From Dehalococcoidia bacterium (GTDB taxonomy: Bacteria > Chloroflexota > Dehalococcoidia > Lucifugimonadales > JAAXIE01): a stretch of DNA of 64,000 nt. Of this stretch, positions 57,608 to 64,000 are shown piece after piece. Below the pieces are notes generated by a model. The model did no database searches. It had not been told where the DNA came from and worked only from the letters and a program-made list of their open reading frames with translations. The DNA is taken from positions 1,638,502 through 1,702,501 of the forward strand of contig OZ240229.1 in the NCBI GenBank assembly GCA_965197805.1, read 5' to 3'. Both the position numbers and the translations under genes were made by a program. Each line of letters opens with the position of its first letter. The first letter of the stretch is position 1.

Positions 57608-58783
57608 CTAAATCCGGCTGGCGGCTCCGCGGCGCTCCTGGTAGTCGGAGCGGGCTTTCTTGATGGAGCCCTTGCGCATGTCGTCCAGCAGTTGGACATT
57701 GTCGCGGGACCAGTCGCGGGAGGTCTCCAAGCCGGTTAGGCTGCCTTGGAAGTGGGGGGCAACGTAGCGGGCCAGTAGCTCGTAACTGTGTAGCATCTTC
57801 TCTCGTGAGGTCCACTCGGCGACTGTCACCAGCAGGCCACCGAAGCCGCCACTAAGTTCCTCCAACTCCTCCATACGGGCGATGCAGTCGTCAGGGCTGC
57901 CGACGACCCACACGCCACGGTCCACCATCTCGTCGATGATGCGCTCCGGCGGGGCATCGGGCAGGGGTTGGCCCAAGGTCTCGTGGAAGTATTCGGTGAG
58001 CCATGTGGCAGCACCCTTGCGGGCTTCTCGGAAGGCCTCTTGGCGGCTCTCAGCTAGGTAGACGGGCATCACCAAGCGCCAGTCGTCGCGACTGACTGTG
58101 GCGCCTGACTCGGCTGCGGCGTCCTCAGTCATGCCCCAGACATCGGCTAGGGTCAACTTGCCGTATTCCTGGCGCGGTACGCTGAGCGAGAGCAGGCCCG
58201 CGCCATACTTGCCAGCTACATGCGGGCCGGATGGCGACTGCGCTGCAGCTACTGCTATCGGCATGTGAGGACGCTGGTAAGGGCGGAGATGCAAAACGGC
58301 GTCGTGCAGTTCGAACCAGTCACTCACATGAGTGAACGGCTCAGTCTCCTCGAACAGGCGCATGATCACGCCCATGGACTCATCCATCATCTCTCGCTGT
58401 CGAGTGGGTTCGATGCCCAGCATATGGGCGTCGCTCACAAGAGCACCGGGACCCACGCCCAGCATGGCGCGGCCACGGGTCAGGTGGTCCAGTAGCACCA
58501 TGCGGTTGGCCACCATGAGGGGGTGATGGTAGGGGAGGCTGATGACACCGGTGCCGAGCCTGATGTGGCGGGTGCGCTCTGCCGCAGTGGCCATGAACAC
58601 CTCGGGAGAGGCGATGATTTCCCAACCCGCACTATGGTGCTCGCCGATCCAAGCCTCGTCGTAGCCAAGGTCATCGAGCCACTGTATCAGCTCGATATTC
58701 CGTTCCAAGGATAGGGTAGGGTTCTCCCCAACCCGGTGGAAGGGGGCCATGAAGATACCAAAGTCCTTTCGCTCCACCGACAT
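57608..58783 (-). CDS. luciferase-like (LLM class) flavin-dependent monooxygenase
   Basis: It reads FGIFMAPFH...LDDLGYDEAWIGEHHSAGWEIIASPEVFMA...RLGTGVISLPYHHPLMVANR...GRAMLGVGPGAL. The ATG is at 58783. Confidence 0.85.
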   Translation of the reverse strand: MSVERKDFGIFMAPFHRVGENPTLSLERNIELIQWLDDLGYDEAWIGEHHSAGWEIIASPEVFMATAAERTRHIRLGTGVISLPYHHPLMVANRMVLLDHLTRGRAMLGVGPGALVSDAHMLGIEPTRQREMMDESMGVIMRLFEETEPFTHVSDWFELHDAVLHLRPYQRPHMPIAVAAAQSPSGPHVAGKYGAGLLSLSVPRQEYGKLTLADVWGMTEDAAAESGATVSRDDWRLVMPVYLAESRQEAFREARKGAATWLTEYFHETLGQPLPDAPPERIIDEMVDRGVWVVGSPDDCIARMEELEELSGGFGGLLVTVAEWTSREKMLHSYELLARYVAPHFQGSLTGLETSRDWSRDNVQLLDDMRKGSIKKARSDYQERRGAASRI

Positions 58784-59054
58784 CCACCGACCTCCTAGTC
58801 GTGCCGCGCCGCATACAGGCACAGCTACGCATTCTCAGATACGATTTTCCATCGCAGTGTAGGCGTCGCAGGCCGCGAGTGTCAAACGCGTCTCGTGGGG
58901 TGTGGCTGGGCCAAGATCGGCCGGAAACTCGGCAATCGCACTGGCGGTTGAGTGAGGAAGTCCACTTGAGGCACGTTAGCGATAAGCCACAGGTTGACGT
59001 ACTTTCTATCATATCTCAATAATAGAAATACAGCGATGGAGGTCTTGCTCTCTT

Positions 59055-59558
59055 ATGAACTTTCAAATAAGCGGCCGACGGTATCAGGTGACACGCGAAG
59101 ATGTCATAGGCGTCACCCACAACTGCACGCCGCGTCCCAGCGACGGGAGACACAAGTACTTCGTCAGCCTCCATGATCGACACTACCCCATCAAGCAGGT
59201 AGTTCAACTGGTCACCGGTTTGAAGGCCCATGAGTTCACCTCGCAGTACGCCCTTGATATCCTCGGCGCATTGGAGTTCGAGATAACCGATGGCATTTCG
59301 CCTACGGCTGAGCCCTACGACCAATCAGGGCAAGGAGACGGGGTATTGAAGCTGCTGGTGGTGTTCCAGACCGATGAAGACGGCTGGGAAGTGGCTAGTT
59401 GCCCTACCCTTCCGGGATGTCATACACAAGGGCGGACTCGGAGTGAAGCGCTGAGGAACATACGGGAGGCTATCGCGGGCTACTTGGCAAGCATGCGCGA
59501 GCACGGGCTGCCCACACCGTCCTCCTCTGAGTTTGAAGTTGTGGAAGTGCCCGCATAG
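59055..59558 (+). CDS. hicB: HicB-family antitoxin with an extra ~95-aa N-terminal domain
   Basis: The C-terminal half LKLLVVFQTDEDGWEVASCPTLPGCHTQGRTRSEALRNIREAIAGYL is the HicB/UPF0150 fold signature. I do not recognise the N-terminal domain (YFVSLHDRHYPIKQVVQLVTGL...). Confidence 0.7.
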   Translation: MNFQISGRRYQVTREDVIGVTHNCTPRPSDGRHKYFVSLHDRHYPIKQVVQLVTGLKAHEFTSQYALDILGALEFEITDGISPTAEPYDQSGQGDGVLKLLVVFQTDEDGWEVASCPTLPGCHTQGRTRSEALRNIREAIAGYLASMREHGLPTPSSSEFEVVEVPA

Positions 59559-59575
59559 AGGCCCGACTGCCAGTC

Positions 59576-59779
59576 TTGTCCGGAGACGATTTCGTCAGGG
59601 CGATAGCAAGGCTCGGCTTCGTCTGGGACCGTACACAAGGCAGTCACATGATACTGGTGAGACCCACAGGCCACATGCTCTCGGTCCCACGCCATCGGGA
59701 GTTGGGCCCAGGTCTGCTGAGGACCCTAATCCGAGATGCAGGACTAACGAGAGACGAGTTCATGGAGCTACTCCGATGA
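59576..59779 (+). CDS. hicA: HicA mRNA-interferase toxin
   Basis: GDDFVRAIARLGFVWDRTQGSHMILV...VPRHRELGPGLLRTLIRDAGL. Confidence 0.85.
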   Translation: MSGDDFVRAIARLGFVWDRTQGSHMILVRPTGHMLSVPRHRELGPGLLRTLIRDAGLTRDEFMELLR

Positions 59780-59825
59780 TAAACTGAGTCTTGAAGCCAT
59801 CCAGCCATTCCTATGGAGGAGAGCC

Positions 59826-60173
59826 ATGACCGAGTTGATCAACGAAAAGTGTGAGGCCTGTCGAGCCGATTCGCCACGGGTCACCGATGACGAGAAGGCC
59901 CAACTCCAGCCCGTAGTGCCAGAGTGGGGGATCATCGAGGAGAACGATATCCCGAAACTACAGCGGGTGTTCCGCTACCCCAATTTCGTTTCCAGCCTAG
60001 CCTTCACCGACGCGGTGGGCGCGCTGGCTGAAGAGCAGGGACATCACCCGCGAATCGTCACGGAGTGGGGACGGGTTACCGTGACTTGGTGGACTCACAA
60101 GATACGGAATCTGCACCGCAACGACTTCGTCATGGCGGCTAAGACGGACCAGTTGTACCAGCCGGAGTCCTGA
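59826..60173 (+). CDS. pterin-4-alpha-carbinolamine dehydratase
   Basis: ...AFTDAVGALAEEQGHHPRIVTEWGRVTVTWWTHKIRNLHRNDFVMAAKTD is the PCD/DCoH signature. Confidence 0.9.
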   Translation: MTELINEKCEACRADSPRVTDDEKAQLQPVVPEWGIIEENDIPKLQRVFRYPNFVSSLAFTDAVGALAEEQGHHPRIVTEWGRVTVTWWTHKIRNLHRNDFVMAAKTDQLYQPES

Positions 60174-60231
60174 GGCACGCAGCGTTCCCGCTTGTGACAC
60201 GTCTCCAATACACCCCTTCCTCGGCTTTGCA

Positions 60232-61563
60232 TCAAAACCCCTGATTCCGTCCGAGTTTATTAGCAGCCGGTAGGTGTTTATTAGCAGCCTGCCCGTCCAC
60301 GCTAAAAACTGGACTCACGCCCAACTCGTACGCGGACTGGATCAAGACGCAGATATTATGACACAGGAACTTCAACATAGCCTCGTTGACCTGAGCAGCA
60401 GGGACCTTAGAGCTCACTGCTTGCCCGAACTTGGTCTTAACCATGTGGAAGACGGTTTCGACGTTCGACCGCTTATGATAGTGGGCCAAGAACTCCTCCC
60501 GGTGCAGGTTGTAGAAGTGGTAGGCACGCTCCCACAGGGCATCGCGCTTGTGGTGGGTTATGGCCTTGGAGTTGGATTTGAAGGGGATGAAAGCGGTTCC
60601 GCCCACTGCCGCAACTGCTCGCAGGTTGCCCTTACTGAGATAGGCTTTGTCCGCAGAGACTTCACGGACATTGAAGTTCTGGGCCGTGGTCTCTACGAAG
60701 GGAGCGAAGAACGGAGAGTCGGCGGAGTCTGTCTCAGTGGCAACCGCGGTGGTGATGATGTTAGTGGTCACTCCACAGATTGCGTGGGCCTTCACCCATT
60801 GGGCCTCCCGGATGACCTTGTTCCATTTGTTGTCGAACCACCTGTGGTAGACCGACGTGGCAAACCCAGTGGAGTCGATGGCGAAGTCGCTCTCGACCGA
60901 GGCCAAGGGCAGTGCGCTCCGCTCAATCAGTTCCTTCAGCACCGGGGTCAGGGCCGGGTCTTCCATGCATTTCCAGATGCTTCCCGTGGAGGGAGCCTTG
61001 TCGAGCAAGCCGGAGGCCTCGGCGTTTCTCACGTCGGTCATGGCCCTGCGGGCGGGCATACGGTTGTAGACCTTGAGGGCAGAGGCGAACACCATATCGG
61101 ACAGCGGCAGTCGTGGGCGCCCGGTGGCCTTGGCTGGTGGCTGGGGGATCGTGTCGCAGAGTTCCCGGAGCAGCGTGAGGAAATGTTCCTGCTCATGCTC
61201 TTGGGCTGCGTTGTAGTTTGCCCAGTCCTGCCGATAGGTGGTAACGCGGGCTGTACGGGTCTCCACTGTAGTCCCGTCGGGTCTCTCCTCGCGCTGGATG
61301 ATGAGCTCCACGGCGTAGACATGTTTACAGGGTTGCTGCCGTCGCTCGAAGTCCGGGCAGGTGCAGAAAGGTGTGTCATCGGTATTGACGACATACGAGC
61401 CGTTGCCGGACTGGGAGGGGACCTTGTAGCCGAGCCGATTCTTCTCGATGCGGATCATGGCTGCGATGGCCATGCCCCTGAGTTGACGGCCGGCATCGCC
61501 GTCGTCAGGGTCACTGGGTCCAAGGGCGGTTACGGCGTTGAGGTCGAAGTGGAGTTGACTCAC
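60232..61563 (-). CDS. DDE transposase with an N-terminal SWIM zinc finger
   Basis: The SWIM finger is CTCPDFERRQQPCKHVYAV. The DDE candidates are AIDSTGF, SADKAYLS and HKRSNVETVFHMVK. A GTG start at 61563 has GGGAG upstream. I could not define clear terminal repeats. Confidence 0.8.
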   Translation of the reverse strand: MSQLHFDLNAVTALGPSDPDDGDAGRQLRGMAIAAMIRIEKNRLGYKVPSQSGNGSYVVNTDDTPFCTCPDFERRQQPCKHVYAVELIIQREERPDGTTVETRTARVTTYRQDWANYNAAQEHEQEHFLTLLRELCDTIPQPPAKATGRPRLPLSDMVFASALKVYNRMPARRAMTDVRNAEASGLLDKAPSTGSIWKCMEDPALTPVLKELIERSALPLASVESDFAIDSTGFATSVYHRWFDNKWNKVIREAQWVKAHAICGVTTNIITTAVATETDSADSPFFAPFVETTAQNFNVREVSADKAYLSKGNLRAVAAVGGTAFIPFKSNSKAITHHKRDALWERAYHFYNLHREEFLAHYHKRSNVETVFHMVKTKFGQAVSSKVPAAQVNEAMLKFLCHNICVLIQSAYELGVSPVFSVDGQAANKHLPAANKLGRNQGF

Positions 61564-61676
61564 TATCTGCACTCCCGGATAATATGTTACTATACGGGAA
61601 GTATAAGTGTAGCAGGATGGTAAGTCAATACATAGCGGGGTATACTTTGCGGGAAGTTGTACCTGCGGAGACAGCA

Positions 61677-61865
61677 ATGGCGGAAGCACTGCAACAACCC
61701 GGAGAGTTCCAAACGACAGCCTACAGATGTCGATGTGGGCACGAGTGGTTGCCCAAGAGCCTCAAGGGAGACCGTCCGAAGGTGTGCCCCAAGTGCAAGT
61801 CTCCCTACTGGGACCGACCGCGCAAGTTGGCAAGGAAGGCGATAGATGGTGCCTTGACATGTTAG
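61677..61865 (+). CDS. 62-aa zinc-ribbon protein
   Basis: ATG at 61677 follows GGAG. The Cys pairs are CRCGHEW...CPKCKSPYW. Confidence 0.5.
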   Translation: MAEALQQPGEFQTTAYRCRCGHEWLPKSLKGDRPKVCPKCKSPYWDRPRKLARKAIDGALTC

Positions 61866-61947
61866 GTGGTGCGGTGCAGTCATCTCACCCTTGTTATCGG
61901 ACTTGGGGTATTCTGACTAGCCTGAGCGAGCGTGAGGGGAAACCGTA

Positions 61948-64000
61948 ATGCCCGATAGCGAATTCCGCATCTACACCTACATCGAGCAGGTGCTTGCAAG
62001 TTTGGGTTGGGACACACGTAACCCATCTAGGGGTGGGTCCGTCTACACCCAGAGCGAGTTTCGCCAGCATGACTCAACACTGAGCGTTGCGCTCGGTCGT
62101 CAGGTGCCGGAGAACATCGTCGTCATACCATGGGACGGCAGCCTGCGATATTGGGTAGTAGAAGCCAAGCGGTCGCACAATGAACTCCAGCTAGCTTTGA
62201 GTGAGGCCCAAGGCTACGCCGAGGATATCAACCAAGTAGCCCCCGGCCAAGCTCGATTCGCAACGGGGATAGCGGGAAGCCCCGATGCATCCTTCTACGT
62301 TACGACAACCTATTGGGATGGGGCGGCGTGGCAGGAAGTCTCAATCAACAACTATGAGACCACAGGTTTCCTGTCTTTGGATCAATGCCATGGCATCCTC
62401 AGCCAGAACAACCCCAAGATTCTCCACTATGACGTGGACCTAGATGCATTCTTGACTAAGGCCAATGCAATCAACCAAACCCTTTACCGTAACGGGATCG
62501 CTGCCCGCGACCGCGCCCAGCTGGTAGCAGGGCTATTATTGGCCATCGCGCAGGACAGCTACATGGCCATCAACCCAGACCCTCAAGTCCTCGTGAGGGA
62601 CGTGAACTCTCGGATCATGTCACTCCTCATGCAGCACGGTAAGGCAGAGTTCAGCCCTGAAGTGGAGCTGAAGCTCCCCAACACCACTGAAAACCACCGC
62701 AAGTACTGGTCGGCCATTGTCCTGACTATGCAACATCTGCGTGAGATGAACATACGCTCCGCCATCAACAGCGGAACGGATGCTCTGGGACAGTTTTACG
62801 AGACATTCCTCAAGTTCGCGAATGATGCCAGCGAAATGGGGATTGTTCTGACCCCGCGCCACATCACCAAGTTTGCTGTCGATGTGATGAACATCAACCA
62901 CACCGACGTGATATTCGACCCGACCTGCGGGACCGGCGGCTTTCTGGTGGCAGCCCTTGACTCGATTCGTGCTAGGCACTATGGGACCCATATGGACGTA
63001 TACGACGCCTTTCGGAACGATTGCCTGTACGGTGTCGAGCAGGCGGACGCTGTGTTTGGGCTGGCCCTTGTCAACATGATTTTCCGTGGCGATGGAAAGA
63101 GCCGGATACATAACGGTAACTGCTTTGACAATCGGTTCTACCGTGCGGGAGGGCAAATCGTGCGGCTCAACAAGGATGGCCAACCTCCAGAAGGTTCAAG
63201 TGGCCGTCCATTCACTCGTGTTCTGATGAACCCTCCCTTTGCCATTGAGGAGAAAGAGCGTGAGTTTGTGGACTACGCCTTAGACCAAGTGCAGGTTGGG
63301 GGACTCTTGTTTGCGATCCTGCCGAATGGGCCTATCACGGGCGCCACAGAAAAGGGGTGGCGAGCGGGGTTGCTACGGCGCCACACGGTTCGTGCCGTCG
63401 TGAAAATGCGAGACGACCTCTTCATGCCGAATGTCCACAAAGGAACCTATGCGTTGGTCATTGAAGCTTGGAGAGCGCATCTCCCCGACGACCTCGTGTA
63501 CTTCGCCATATTACAGGACGATTCCCATGCGAGTCAGAAATCAAAGTTGTTGCGCCCCGACCAGGGCCAAGACAACGTGGAAAGGATTACAACCGAGCTG
63601 GCAGCGTTTCTTGGCACCAATTTTGCCGGGATTGCGGCGGTGCCCCGAGAGAGTGCAGTGGTCCCCCTCCGCCTAGACGATGAGTTAGACTTCGCGTCTG
63701 AAGCGCATTTGGAGAGTGGCCCGCCAGATTACACTAACACTGATGTACTAGAGGGGCTGTTTATCGCATTGGCGCAGCAACGTGCATTTCGGAGGCCCCC
63801 TGAGGCGCGAACTCTTGGCCCGTCGGAGCGGAAAGAGTTCGAAATTGGGCAGCTGTTCAATATCGTGCGCGGTAACTGCCCACCCCTGAAGAACTTCAAG
63901 GACGGCGATACGCCCGTGGTGACCTCTAGTGAACAGTCAAATGGCGTCGCTGGATATTACGCTGTTGACCCAGAACTCCAGCATGGACATTGTATGACGA
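61948..64000 (+). CDS. fused restriction-modification enzyme (PD-ExK nuclease + gamma-class N6-adenine methyltransferase + specificity domain), 3-prime partial
   Basis: I checked codon by codon that the frame is open from ATG 61948 to the window end, more than 684 codons. Motifs are PWDG...VVEAKRS (nuclease-like), FDPTCGTGGFLV (motif I), NPPF (motif IV), and an HsdS-like start FEIGQLFNIVRGN...SNGVAGYY. It is missing from the ORF track because no stop falls in the window. Confidence 0.85.
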   Translation, partial: MPDSEFRIYTYIEQVLASLGWDTRNPSRGGSVYTQSEFRQHDSTLSVALGRQVPENIVVIPWDGSLRYWVVEAKRSHNELQLALSEAQGYAEDINQVAPGQARFATGIAGSPDASFYVTTTYWDGAAWQEVSINNYETTGFLSLDQCHGILSQNNPKILHYDVDLDAFLTKANAINQTLYRNGIAARDRAQLVAGLLLAIAQDSYMAINPDPQVLVRDVNSRIMSLLMQHGKAEFSPEVELKLPNTTENHRKYWSAIVLTMQHLREMNIRSAINSGTDALGQFYETFLKFANDASEMGIVLTPRHITKFAVDVMNINHTDVIFDPTCGTGGFLVAALDSIRARHYGTHMDVYDAFRNDCLYGVEQADAVFGLALVNMIFRGDGKSRIHNGNCFDNRFYRAGGQIVRLNKDGQPPEGSSGRPFTRVLMNPPFAIEEKEREFVDYALDQVQVGGLLFAILPNGPITGATEKGWRAGLLRRHTVRAVVKMRDDLFMPNVHKGTYALVIEAWRAHLPDDLVYFAILQDDSHASQKSKLLRPDQGQDNVERITTELAAFLGTNFAGIAAVPRESAVVPLRLDDELDFASEAHLESGPPDYTNTDVLEGLFIALAQQRAFRRPPEARTLGPSERKEFEIGQLFNIVRGNCPPLKNFKDGDTPVVTSSEQSNGVAGYYAVDPELQHGHCMT

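Noticed and set aside
60274-61623. 449-aa ORF antisense to the SWIM-DDE transposase
   Set aside because: This is another GC-rich shadow ORF. Only the minus strand carries SWIM and DDE motifs.
60190-61660. Terminal inverted repeats for the SWIM-DDE transposase element
   Set aside because: The only candidate (TTCCCGC...ATACACCCC at ~60186-60222 versus the reverse complement of GGGGTATACTTTGCGGGAAG at ~61637-61656) needs a 12-nt gap and is too weak to define boundaries.

Overview
GC-rich bacterial contig, probably metagenome-derived. The gene content resembles a host- or sponge-associated symbiont, but that is inference only. The window falls into three zones. (1) 0-18.4 kb holds lipoprotein-anchored eukaryote-like repeat proteins: a 5-module Fn3-like protein, a roughly 13-repeat ankyrin protein and LRR proteins. 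It also holds a NarL-type two-component operon bracketed by ~160-bp inverted repeats, a tandem bacterial-PH protein next to a DUF2207-like membrane protein, and a stand-alone NRPS-like A-T-R reductase. (2) ~18.4-52.3 kb is a mobilome and defence graveyard. It contains an intact IS1380-family element (IRs plus TAAG duplication) nested in an older IS remnant, an IS21 remnant, a 182-bp TA-flanked MITE splitting a DUF262 (GmrSD-like) gene, and a group II intron 5-prime fragment inside a helicase DEVH codon. It also contains an orphan 2-repeat type I-E-like CRISPR remnant, six type II toxin-antitoxin pairs (one toxin decayed), two chimeric tRNA-like sequences, a tyrosine integrase, and many truncated or frameshifted genes (recN, Rieske dioxygenase alpha, RCC1-, collagen- and LRR-type lipoproteins). 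(3) 52.3-64 kb holds a split TPP decarboxylase with an extra degenerate beta-like paralog, a luciferase-like monooxygenase, tandem PaREP1/HEPN-like genes, hicBA, a pterin carbinolamine dehydratase and a SWIM-DDE transposase. A fused nuclease-methylase-specificity restriction enzyme runs off the window end and is absent from the ORF track. All frameshift calls could instead be assembly errors.
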